This document shows, one piece after another, positions 1 to 11,284 of a stretch of 64,000 bases of DNA. The notes under the pieces are model-generated. The model saw only the letters and a program-made list of their open reading frames with translations, ran no database searches and was not told the DNA's origin. The number at the start of each line of letters is the position of its first letter. Positions within the stretch are counted from its first letter, which is position 1. The translations under genes and the position numbers were made by a program. Origin of the DNA: Botryllus schlosseri (Eukaryota); assembly GCA_051294905.1 (NCBI GenBank), contig CM119372.1, forward strand, positions 4,094,001 through 4,158,000, written 5' to 3'.

Positions 1-369
1 AAGAATCAATTTTAGTTCCTGCTCACAGTCAATTATGTGTGACTGGAATATCCACCCTTGGCCAGTGGATGTTAAGGGGGTTACTTCTGTAGTTGAGCCA
101 GTCAGGGATTTTTCGTGGGCTCAGAATAAGTCTGGGGTGTATGTGTGTCCTGCTTTCGTTGCTGCACCAGAATGCTTAGTGCCAGTTGTGGTTGAGAATG
201 ATTTGCCCTGCAGTCAACTTTCAGGATGTACATGGATGCCGTTCTGGCATTACCAGTATGAAGAAGAGTGAAGATGAAGAGGTGCCCCCGGGTGAAGCAA
301 AGTCCTATTTAGGTGAAGAATCAGAATTCCAGATGAAAGAATTTCCCGATCATCCGAGTTCCATATTAG

Positions 370-900
370 ATGGGGTTCAGGTCTTGCGGAAGAGCAGTGC
401 TGGATCTCTTGACTGAGTTCCAGGATGTTTTCATTGTTGCGGATGGTAAACTCGGACAGACACAAGTTTTGCAGCATAGAATCACTCTCACCACCGAACA
501 GCCTGTCAAAGTACGTCCTTGGCGCATGGGCTGGGAGACACGAAAGTTGGCTATTCAAGAAGTGGAAAAGCTGAGAGAACGGAACTTGATAGAGGAGTCT
601 GATTCACCTTTCAATGCACCAATCATGCTGGTTCCTGGAGGATTGTTCTAGATTACAGAAAACTGAATAGCGTAACGGTCATTACCTCGAATTGAAGATA
701 TTCTGGATTCGTTATGAGGCGCCTTGTGGTTTTCATGTTTGGACTTGGCTAGCGGGTTTTTCCAAGTCACAATAGATCCTAAGGATCGCCCCAAAACAGC
801 CTTTAGTGTTCCAGGTCATAACCATTACCAATTTACTGTACTTCCCATGGAATTGCCAAATTCGCCAGCTCTGTTTCAGAGATTGATGGAGAAAGTTACT
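370..900 (+). pseudogene. Gypsy-type pol (reverse transcriptase N-terminal part) remnant
   Basis: Broken ORFs LGQTQVLQHRITL..IEESDSPFNAPIMLV / DYRKLN / WFSCLDLASGFFQV..DRPKTAF..HYQFTVLPMELPNSPALFQRLM; stops and frameshifts; no LTRs seen. Confidence 0.85.
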
Positions 901-1959
901 ACTACTATGGTCATTTACACCAGGCCAATATTCTTAGTTTTGTTTCTATTCCGTAACTGCCGACTTGTAGCACCACCCTCTTCCAGGCTTTTTGTAAGAC
1001 ACTGTTTATGCGGCTGAGTCGAGCTCGGTCACTAAAACCCGCAACCCATTGGTGTTGCAGCTGTGGATTTGACCACTACGCTATCTCGCCAAGCGTGCCA
1101 GGGTTGCCGACCCCTGGCGTAGCCAATACTTCTCTTGCTGTGAAACCCAGCCAGTGACATTCGCTGTAGCGTAGCCAAGACTCTGGGTATGAACGTAAAC
1201 TGGTGACATTCGCTTATATTATGGCGTTAGTGTAGCCAATACTTAACGTAAATCGGTGACATTCGCTGGCACTATAGCGTAGCCAATATTTCTCAGGTTG
1301 TGAAGGTAGTCCAATGACATTCATCGGCTATCTATAAGAAATGACAATTCGGCGTCACAACGCGCTCAATTTGAGCCCGGTAAATACGATCGTGAATAGC
1401 GGTCAGTTGCGGGATAGTGGTTGCGCGAGCGGGTCGTGCGAGAGACGTCATAACTTCTGGTTGAATGGGGTTGATGACGTCATATTTGATGTGATATTCA
1501 TCCTTGCCAACTCTGCGTTTAGCTTCAGGTTTTCTTTTCGGCGTGAATCGCAACCTAACTGCTTTTTACACAGCAACTAGCAAAGAATATGATTGGATAT
1601 TTTAGCCAGATATGCATAGTCTTGACTGCCTGAACCCATTTACGATGAGAAAAGTTACATACACTCATTATGCATAGCCAAGTAGCCTTGTAGTTTTATT
1701 ACACTACACTCTTTTGCTGAAGCTCCAGCATTTGTTTTTCTGTCTCCATGACCAGGCACTGTCTGTAATAAAATACTTGAATTACTATGTTTTTGAATTA
1801 ATTATTATTCAATCTGCATGTGGCGTCTTTAGCCGAGCACCATTTTTTGTACTTCCAGGATAGCTAGCAGTCATATATGCTAGTGACACAAGCTGAGAAG
1901 CTGACTTTGACCATCTCTACAGTCTTCTAAAAGAAGTATCCAACCAATGGTGGCTTTTC

Positions 1960-2590
1960 AGACTTTTTCAGAACAATTTTGAAATACGAATCTTCAAAAC
2001 AGTATTGGTCAAACCATCCTGATTTTGATCTATTATATCTGGCTCCTGTCGGTCTCCCTTCTGTTCATGTGGTCCACACATGCTCGGCCTTGTAAACTAC
2101 ATAGAGAGGTAATATTTGCCCTTTAGCGTTTCCACACAACATCAAACTTGTGCTTGATTTTGATGTATCGAGAATGCGTTCAGAGTACTTCACACACCCC
2201 GTTTGCAGATTGCTTTTCTAGAACCTATGATTAAAAAGTCCTATTAATTGATGATATAAATATAGTATTATTGCGACGGTGGATTACCTGGGTCATCTGT
2301 AAGATAGGTTTCATCATAGCTCCATCAGGAGTACACCATCAAGCTCATTGGTTAGATCTCTGAGATATTCCTGCATATCTTCGGTTGTTACACCTGCACA
2401 TTTGTGTGTAATATTAGTACACAGCCTGATTTCTTCAAGAATCCCTTCACCCAGTCTGATCCGGGATAGTTTCCATTGAATTTGTCAACCGTCATGCCCA
2501 TGTATTATAGCAGGTCTTTGACATTTCTAAGACAAAATTCAAATCCAAAATCTGCCTGCGCCATAGAAGGGTCTGATGCAGATTGTTCCT
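1960..2590 (-). pseudogene. pogo/Tigger-like (Tc1/mariner superfamily) transposase remnant
   Basis: Manual minus-strand translation: FNGNYPGSDWVKGFLKK (CENP-B-type HTH end), SYDETYLTDDPG, then after an apparent short intron ERILDTSKSSTSLMLCGNAKGQILPLYVVYKAEHVW..ARYNRSKSGWFD; has stops and frameshifts. Confidence 0.75.
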
Positions 2591-2696
2591 AAACATTAGT
2601 AAAGTACCCATACATCGATATATTGTTTAATGTGTGCAATAGAAACAGATATTGGTTTTTGCAATATACTGGCTTCTGTTTCCAAAGTGCTGTCAA

Positions 2697-3093
2697 CAGG
2701 CGGTCCGCTTCTTGTGAATCCAATTCAGGAGTTTGCAGGCGGTCTGCTTCTTGTGAATCCAATTCAGTAATTTGCAGGCGTTCCGCTTCTTGTGAATCCA
2801 ATTCAGGAGTTTGCAGGCGGTCCGCTACTTGTGAATCCAATTCAGGAGTTTGCAGGCGGTCCGCTTCTTGTGAATCCAATTCAGGAGTTTGCAGGCGGTC
2901 CGCTTCTTGTGAATCCAATTCAGGAGTTTGCAGGCGGTCCGCTTCTTGTGAATCCAATTCAGGAGTTTGCAGGCGGTCCGCTTCTTGTGAATCCAATTCA
3001 GGAGTTTGCAGGCGGTCCGCTTCTTCTGAATCCAATTCAGGAGTTTGCAGGCGGTCCGCTTCTTGTGAATCCAATTCAGGAGTTCGCAGGCGG
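2697..3093. repeat. 39-bp minisatellite, about 10 copies (caggcggtccgcttcttgtgaatccaattcaggagtttg)
   Basis: gtgaatcc recurs at 2714, 2753, 2792 and onward with period 39. Confidence 0.95.
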
Positions 3094-3689
3094 TACGTCT
3101 GCTGTTTCCAAAGTGCTGTCAACAGGCAGTGCGCTTCTCCTGTTTCCAATTCAGAAGTTCTGTCCACAAAGTGCTGTCAACAGGCGGTGTCTGTAATAAA
3201 ATACATAAATTGCTATGTTTTTCAATTCATTATTATTATTATTATTCAATCTACATGCAATATACTGGCTTCTGAAATGCTGATGTCAACAGGCGGTGCT
3301 TCTGCTGCTTCGAGACTGCTGTCAACAGGCGGTGTCTGTAATAAAATACATACAGGAATAAGTATGTTCTTCAATCGACTATACTGGTCAACAAAATGCA
3401 AAAAAAAATTTTTAGAAGAACATTTGGAAGCTGTTTCTGAGGTTTTCGAGGTTGCTGATTACGAATATCACATTAGTTTTGCCAGATTAGCTTTTGTTCA
3501 AAAGATATTGATACCCCTAAAAAAGCCCAAATTAGTCCTACTTCATTACCCTTGAATATTTCACTTCGTAGGAAGAAAATCGTAGCTTTTTTCTGATTTT
3601 TATACTGCACATGAATAGATAATTGACTATGAAGACCCTCATGTCGTTCTCAGTCATTCACTCAATATTAACATGACCTGATGCGCCAC

Positions 3690-3900
3690 ATGCCACCTCA
3701 TTTTGTTGCTTGCGTCTTATAGTCGTCTCTGCATTACTTTTCATTCAGTGTGCAATGTGTATGCCTCTTATTTACTTCGCCTAGACTAAGGTGGGTGTCT
3801 GATCTTGAATGCTACTCCAAGTTGTTTCGACACCTTCCTATCTTTTCATTGTATTGCAGTCTTGTGATGTTTTGAAACGATGAAAATATTAATAAACCTG
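3690..3900 (+). mobile_element. 3' UTR fragment of a CR1/L2-group LINE (same family as 60900-61490; weaker copy at about 43050-43190)
   Basis: Shares ttcattcagtgtgcaatgtgtatgcctc..ggtgggtgtctgat..tactccaag..ttcattgtattgcagtc with 61323-61450. Confidence 0.6.
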
Positions 3901-3904
3901 ATTG

Positions 3905-4134
3905 ATATTTGTTTGTCAAAAAGCAGTTTGTTGGGCCTAACAATTGTGCTTTTGCACAACGGAAACACACATTCTCCTAGGTATCAATTGGTCATTCTAT
4001 CAAGATTGAAGAGGAGTATAAAGCTATAAAATTTGTCCTTGAAAAGCTGAACTACAATATTCATGTGTCTCATTCCTTGACTTGTAAATGGATAATTTCT
4101 CGCTGAGTCAACAAAGTGGGTATAGCTAGTATCC
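3905..4134 (+). pseudogene. Chapaev3-like (CMC) transposase remnant, left part; continues at about 10506-10620
   Basis: VLLHNGN..SIGHSIKIEEEYKAIKFVLEKLNY..SQQSGYS*YP; after the 4135-10496 insertion it reads LSNENLKSGIFDRFQIR, resembling the Chapaev3 KAGIFDGPQIR motif. Confidence 0.65.
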
Positions 4135-4993
4135 GGCCCTGTGGATATAAAGCTGTATCCGCTGTATCACCATAGTGTCCTATATGTTGTCGACACAGGC
4201 AAATCTAACGTCACAATTTCCATTTGGCTACAGGCAATTTGACGGTCATTTTTGACCTGCTTGCCGAGCATTAAATTTGGTAAAACGGGTATCAATCAAA
4301 AGCTGACTCTGCACTGATTACGAAAATATAAATTTTATTCCGCTCGTGGCCCTGGAACTCCCACAATCAGCCTCGAATTTTTCATTGTTATGGAGATTGG
4401 CAGTGGGACGCAACAATGCTGTCTGGCGAAACGAGAGAGTAGCTCAAGAGAAAAAGAACATTATCAAGACGCATTATAGCCAGGACCGTAACAGCACTTC
4501 GTCAGCCCTCCCCCAAAAAAATGTTGGTCTTGGGCCCCCTATAGGGTGATAAACCGACCCCCCTCAGGCTATACGCTGTTTATCGCTACATATCATCTAC
4601 ATTGGGTGTCCATTTAGTGAGTCAGCTCTTCTCGCCTAAACGCGCAAAGCAAAAGAAATTTCTATATTTCATGATTGAGTCGGTCAATATATGGTCGGGA
4701 ATTGCATATAGATTTCTATTAATTTTTTTCCTCTCGCTGCTCACGTAATCTGATTTAGGCTACCGACCGGTAGAGCTGAGTGAGGTGTGTTTTAAAAGGT
4801 AGGACCCCTCGAATAATAATTAATTACACATCTCTGGGTGTATACTAGGGTTATGACTAGAAAAAAAAATCGAAATTTTGTGTGTCCTGTAGTCACAAAC
4901 GATGAACTTTTGTGTCCTGATTTCAAAATTAATAAAATTTAGGACTGGTTAAACAAAAACCTCCCGCACAAAAATTTTCCAGTTTTCACTGTT

Positions 4994-7400
4994 TTCAATA
5001 CAACATCCATTGTAGCAGTATATTTAATAAACTCGAAGACTTTTCGGGTGCCTCTTTTCAAGAGTTATCGGCACACTAAAGGGATTTAAACAGATTTAAA
5101 AGCAAAACCAGAAAGGCAAAGTATGACGCAACAATCAAAATCACAGACCATGAAATTCGCATTGTATCAATGGCAACAATAACAAACTACGAAGTATACG
5201 GACATACGGTACTATAGTAGCAGCACAATTTGTAAATAAACAGTTACACGCACGGAACAACACGCACTAATGAGAAATTTGTAGGTTATAGAGGAAATCT
5301 TTCTGTCTGCATAAAATAGGTTTGCTCAACTGAATAATAGTAGACTCCAACACTTTTAAATGAAACACAGACCTACCACGCGCAATGACAGTGAACATTA
5401 GGGCTGTTCAAAAATAACTTTTTTTTCCCGATTCAAGCCGGTCACCTCTTAAATCGTCAGGTTGCAGTAGAAAACCTTGCTCACCAAATTTCATTCGATT
5501 CCAACCAGTAAAGGCCTCCGCAGATCAATTTATTATAGAAAATTGAAAAAAAAAATTTCCAAATTTTTCTGCCAACCCCATGAAATTGTTGAGCTGTCTT
5601 CAAAGACGTTGCAAAACAAATTTGAGTCAATTCCGACCAGTAGAAGCGGAGTTATGTGAGTTTTTCGATGATATTTCTCGGATTATCCTTGATTGGTGGA
5701 TAATCCGCGTTTTATCAACGAAAAACTTACATAACTCCGCTTATACTGGTCGGAATTGACTCAAATTTGTGTTGCAACGTCTTTGAAGACAGCTCAACAA
5801 TTTCATGGGGTTGGCAGAAAAATTTGGAAATTTTTTTTTTTTAATTTTTCATAATAAATTAAAAATTATAATTGGATCTGCGGAGGCCTTTACTGGTTGG
5901 AATCGAGTGAAATTTGGTGAGCAAGGTTTTCTACTGCAACCTGACGATTTAAGAGGTGACCGGCTTGAATCGGGAAAAAAAAGTTATTTTTGAACAGCCC
6001 TAGTGAACATAGTGCTGTGCAAAGAATGTATATGTAATTCTTTGGTGCTGTGCACAGGCAAGGTTTTCGCTCAGATGCTGACCGATTGACGAAGCATATG
6101 CTTGGTAATCATCATAGCAGTCTGTTTTTGCAGCCAATTTGCACTGACGTGCGAGCTCCGTGCGTTCATTTGCGCATGTTTTTGACCGAATCAATTTTGG
6201 GATATGCTGCTTGATACGCTCAAACAATCTTTGAGATGTACGTCCTACATACCTACTATCACAGTGGCACTTGTATTGGTAAACAACATTACTTGCATCA
6301 AAGGCAGGAAGTACATCTTTTCGAGAGTTAGGTAACAAGGGTTTCGTCGTGTACACTACATGCGTGTTAACGCTGTAGTAGCAACGGTGAACAGCCGATT
6401 TAATAAGCTTTTCAAATCGGCTAGACACGTTACCTAGCATAGGTAGGTGTAAAAATGCCGGACATTTTTCTGGGCCATATTTTGGAGCTGTATCCGATTT
6501 TTTCAATACCCTAGAGATGGAGCATTTTAATATGTGGTCCGGATAGCCATTTTTGGAGAGAATCAAGTGGATATCATCCAATTCGCGTGACAGTTTTTCC
6601 GGTGAGCAGAGGCGCAAGGCGCGATTAACAAGAGATGAAATGAGGTTTAATTTACGCCGCTTCGGGCAGAATGAATCCCAACGAATGTAATGACCAGTGA
6701 AAGTAGGTTTTCTGTACACCGACGTTAAAAACGTTTGTCCTGATCTCTCTACTAAGACGTCTAAAAAGGGAAGGGCAGCATCAGTTTCCTTTTCCACGGT
6801 AAATTGTAGAGCTGGATGGAGACAATTCAATTTTTCGAAGAAATTATTACACTCTCGCTCATTTTTAAAGGCAACAAAGGTGTCATCGACATATCTAAAA
6901 TAGAGGAGAGGTTTTGTGACGTTTTCAAACAATTTCTTTTCATGGTATCCCACGAATATATCGGCCAGACTAGGTCCCAACGGTGAACCCATCGAAATAC
7001 CATTGCATTGACGGAACATCGTGTCATTAAAGCTGAATTCAACGCTACTAGTAGCGGTTTGCAACAATTCAAGAAATATTTCACGCGGTAGTTTCGGAGG
7101 TTCAAGCGTGCCATCATAAAGCGCGTCTGCGCAGATTTCGAAAGTTTCCGACAATGGTACGTTAGTAAAAAGACTTTTCAAATCAAATGAGCTAAGAAAT
7201 ACATTGGACGGATTTAATTTGGCGCGTTTTAATTCGTCTACAAACGTGAACGAGTCGCGGACGCAGTGGTGCGTATACAAGGATCGAACTGGCTCAATGA
7301 CGGTGTTAAGAGGCACCCGAAAAGTCTTCGAGTTTATTAAATATACTGCTACAATGGATGTTGTATTGAAAGCTATATTCAAGTTCTGTACCACGAACCA
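4994..7400 (-). mobile_element. Penelope-like retroelement (RT + GIY-YIG endonuclease), 5'-truncated, with an inverted copy of its 3' tail
   Basis: ORF 6000-7394: SFDLKSLFTNVP, GISMGSPLGP, YFRYVDD, NVVYQYKCHCDSRYVGRT..RIKQH; C-terminus resumes at 5398-5267 beyond a MITE; 7308-7372 is the reverse complement of the tail at 4994-5056. Confidence 0.92.
5399..6002. mobile_element. hAT-type palindromic MITE (TAGGGCTGTTCAAAAATAA termini)
   Basis: Nearly perfect 600-bp hairpin; 8-bp TSD gtgaacat at 5391-5398 and 6003-6010; same family at 58716-59316 and a fragment from 43522. Confidence 0.92.
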
Positions 7401-8162
7401 GCTATTTAAGTTTTCACTGTATGAAGTATAGGCTTATTTTGTAGATACAGACTATATAATAGCGACTGATTTGATTGTAACTGACACAATTCCAATTGCG
7501 AAGATTTAGAATAGTATTTTGGTAAATTATGATTGCCCAGATTGAATTATTCCGATCGTTTTCTTGCGTACAGTAAAAATTAAGTAATTAATTATTAATT
7601 TCGATTTTAGATGTAGACTAGACTATATATCGTATAATTTCAATTTGTCTGACACAAATTGAACTGGTTGTTCGAAAAGGCGAAAGTAGAACAACTCAAC
7701 ATATTTTCAGCGGTCTATAAAACCGATAAGAGGAATATGATGAAAATGCCATATCATATGTGACTCAGCATCTGTTGATACTGGGCGGCGGTGTGACGTT
7801 ATTGTGAAACTGCAAAATGCAATGATAAGCAAGGGTTTTCATAAACCACAATACATTGGTTGCCAACATAATATCGATTCTTAAAGCATATGTCAGAGTT
7901 CTTCAATCCAACATCCTCAACAAATCCAACTCTCAGCTACAAATTTGGAGATGGATATGGTAAAACACTATGAAAACTTTGTACAATCCACTAAGCGAAA
8001 ATTTCAAATGAAAATATTAGAAAACCGAGGATGGAGGGAATATTTCAAGTTTATCTATGTGCTGTGCAGAGCATGCTGCTCTTTCAGAGAAAATAGTAGA
8101 TTACCACTAACCAAATGGCATAAACTTCCATCTCTATTCAATGCGAGATGAAGCTCAAGCTA

Positions 8163-8967
8163 CAGGGTTGGTGCGATGACATGCAAAATAAGGTCAAAAA
8201 CATGCAAAATAAGGTCAGTAGCGACATGCAAAATAAGGTCAGTCACATGCAAAATAAGGTCAGTCGCGACATGCAAAATAAGGTCAGTCCGCGCATGAAT
8301 CCAAATCTATACTTCAATTACAAATCCAACTTTCTTCTTATGAAAAATAAATTCAAAATATCTTTCCTGTATAGCAGCCTACTTTCAACATTGATATTCC
8401 TTATCTATATCCTAAATCCTGAGATGTTTCAATCAAAAGATATTCATGATTATCTTGATTACGAAGTCAGTCGCATGTATAATATCATTATCAGTCCGCG
8501 CATAAATCCAAATCCACACTTCAATTACAAATCCAATTCTTTTTTTTTATGAAAAATAAATTCAAAATATCTTTTCTATATAGTAATTTCATGATTGACA
8601 TTCCCCATCTATATCCTAAATCTGAAGATGTTTCAACAAAATGTAATCAGACGATTCTTACGATCACGGGGTGAGTCGCATGTAGAATATTAACAGTCCG
8701 CGTATAAATCCAAATATTTACTTCAAATCCTACTTTTTTCTTATGCCACTGACCTTATACTGCAATCTGCATGTCGCGACTGACCCTATTTCGCATGCCA
8801 CTGACCTTATTTTGCATGAGACTGACCTTATTTTGCATGTGGCGACTGACCTTATTTTGCATGCGACTGACCTTATTTTGCATGTGACTGACCTTATTTT
8901 GCATGTCGCGACTGACCTTATTTTGCATGTTTTTGACCTTATTTTGCATGTCATCGCACCAACCCTC
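8163..8967. mobile_element. MITE with CAGGGTTGGTGCGATGAC termini and subterminal 21-24-bp repeats (catgcaaaataaggtca)
   Basis: Inverted ends at 8163 and 8967; inverted repeat arrays at both ends; agctcaag duplicated nearby (8152-8159, 8971-8978). Confidence 0.85.
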
Positions 8968-9102
8968 CTCAGCTCAAGGGCTATAATTCCGTACTTCCAA
9001 GTCCCCAGATGGAGAATAACTCGTGAGATATCATGCTTATTCATCGCAAATGCGTGTCAGGAAGCCTGGTATTCTAACCAGATGTCTATAGACGGAATAT
9101 AC

Positions 9103-9826
9103 TGGAACCCGACCGATTATCGGTTCGCCGATATTATCGGGACGTTATCACACTTTGAAAGAATTATCGGTAATTTTCGTGACGTCACAACATGGCAGTA
9201 GGAAGTCAGAAAACTATATTCTTTGAACGCTAGACTGAGAATATTGACATATTTCATATAGCTTACACTTTACAGGTGTCCAGATGCAGCCTTTCTAGTT
9301 TATTTCATGTTCAAGTATAACTATGGCTGTAAAGATGTTCAAATAAATGCCCTGAAGCTTTGAAAATGTGCTATGTATACATCCAACTTCTTTTGAATAT
9401 CGGCTGAATGTATTGGGGTTGGTCCGTGGACATATGAGCATGCGACATTACAGCATGCGAGACTTCGGCATGCGGCAATTTAGCATGCGACACATGAGCA
9501 TGTGGGTTAAATTACGGGTTAGGGGTAGGTTAGGGTTGGATTTATGGTTGGGTTAGGGTTAGGGTTTAGGTTAGGTTAGGCTAGGTTAGGTTAGGTTAGG
9601 CTAGGTTAGGTTAGGTTAGGCTAGGTTAGGTTAGGCTATGTTTCAGGTTAGGGTAAGTTTTCGGGTTATACAGTCACATGCTGAAGTGACGCATGCTGAT
9701 GTGTTCCATGCTGAACTGTCGTTTTCCGTTGTGTCGCATGCTCATATGTCGGGCAACCATTGGGGTTATCGGTCAAGGTGTCAGATATCGGTATAGACTC
9801 AAAAATCCAATATCGGTCGAGCTCTA
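9103..9826. mobile_element. hAT-type MITE
   Basis: Imperfect TIRs tggaacccgaccgat / atcggtcgagctcta; 8-bp TSD gaatatac at 9095-9102 and 9827-9834. Confidence 0.75.
9421..9758. mobile_element. Small 9-bp-TSD MITE with an internal (TTAGG/TTAGGG)n tract
   Basis: TSD attggggtt at 9412-9420 and 9759-9767; inverted gacatatgagcatgcgaca / tgtcgcatgctcatatgtc; GTTAG array at about 9516-9655. Confidence 0.8.
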
Positions 9827-11284
9827 GAATATACCAAAGATTATTTGCTGATATCTTTGCGGTCGAATATCCTGCAGTGATAATGTACCTCAAAACCCCA
9901 TTGGAAGTCGGATATGTCCGTCGTAAATGTCCCTCGCACTAACATAATAACAGAAAGGGAAGTCAAATTGATATAAGAACTTTACAAGAAGTGCAAAAGG
10001 ACACATATTTGAAGATTAAATTTGTAGCAAAGAATATATTTGAATTTTAAATTTTTTCTATATTTGGACCAGTGTCGAAAATTGAAGTTAATTTGCGCGG
10101 GACATTTTTTTCGATTTGTACAAAATAACTATAATTTTATTAATTTATACCAAAATGTTCATCAATTCCTGCTTTTTAGTCATAACCCTAGTGTATACCC
10201 GTTGGCAGGAACGAAACAGCACTTCGTCAGGCTCCGCAAAAAAACTTGAGTCTTGGGCTCCTATAGGGTGATAAACCGTCCCCATCACGTTGTTCGCTTT
10301 TGCCATGAAATTATTGTTGAACTGTTTAATGAGCCAGCGTGAAGTGCTCAGCTTTATATCCACAGGGTGATACAGCTTTATATCCACAGGGTGATACAGC
10401 TGTATATCCATAGGCTGATACAGCTTTACATCCACAGGGTGATACTGCTGATACAGCTCACATCCATGAATGAAAAAAGACTCTCTCCACAGGGCCCTAG
10501 TATCCCTATCAAACGAGAATCTTAAATCTGGTATTTTTGATAGGTTTCAGATTCGAATACGGATGAAAGATTCTAATTTCATATTAGGAAGGAGTTCACT
10601 GCATGGAATTTCTCCAAAGGTGTAAATAATACTTTTTACGTGATCACAAAGCACCCAACTACAAACAGTTGGTCCGAAAATTCGTATCTGCATATGGAAA
10701 ACTTGGATCAAACACGATTCATGTTAATAACTAACCTGTGTAGCTTTGTACGACATGTTTCGTATGCTGTGATACGACCAATCGAGATTTCGAGGCTGGC
10801 ACAGTGGAAAATATTATCGAAACTATAATTATCGTTGATGCATAAACTATAGAACTCTAAACGCTAAACGGCGGAACGAGCGGACTGCGGAACTTGCGAT
10901 ACTAATCGGCGGACCGAGCGGACCATGACAAAATAGCTCAATACTAAACGGCGGACCGCGGAACAGCGGAACATGTAATAGACGATTTCCACTGGCTGCG
11001 CATGGGTGGCGCCATTGTTACGAAAGGCTGGCCGAGTGTCGGATCGGAGGTTTTGATACTCCATCACTTTTGAAGGGGCGTAACGTAGGTCATTATAGTT
11101 GTAGATCTCTATATGTGACGGTGCCTACCACCGTTATTCTATTAGAAAAAGTACGCGATATGGGAAACACTTGTTAATACGATGGGAACATTATATATTT
11201 CAGATTGGAAAAATTTCGAATATCACAAAAAGCGGTTGCCAGATAATTTTAACCTGCATTTATGTCGTTTTTACCGCATAATCG

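Larger units (their letters stand above)
7700..10040 (+). pseudogene. Transposase remnant of the 4135-10496 element (hATm-like), split by MITEs
   Basis: CDSASVDTGRR..IVKLQ..KPQYIGCQH, then KWHKLPSLFNAR*SS [MITE] SSRAIIPYF..EAWYSNQ..GIY [MITE] QRLFADIF..; reading is colinear once the insertions are removed. Confidence 0.6.
4135..10496. mobile_element. 6.36-kb TIR DNA transposon with 9-bp TSD (hATm-like or Mutator-like), carrying several nested insertions
   Basis: TIR ggccctgtgga / tccacagggcc; TSD ctagtatcc at 4126-4134 and 10497-10505; subterminal gatataaagctgtatc-type repeats at both ends (24-bp array at 10350-10465). Confidence 0.8.

Noticed and set aside
2697..3093. CRISPR array
   Set aside because: Head-to-tail repeats with no unique spacers, no cas genes, and a eukaryotic context; the same applies to the 195- and 169-bp arrays
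2589..3555. 310-, 192- and 134-aa repetitive ORFs
   Set aside because: All are readings of the 39-bp minisatellite, open in several frames on both strands
7308..7394. First 29 or so residues of the 464-aa Penelope ORF as a real N-terminus
   Set aside because: This segment is the inverted 3' tail read by chance in frame; the last few residues likewise come from the 25-bp insert and the MITE junction
8148..9044. MQNKVS / TDLILH / CKIRSV repeat ORFs
   Set aside because: Translations of MITE subterminal repeats
9516..9655. True telomere or chromosome fusion site
   Set aside because: Short, mixed unit, and enclosed in a MITE with a TSD
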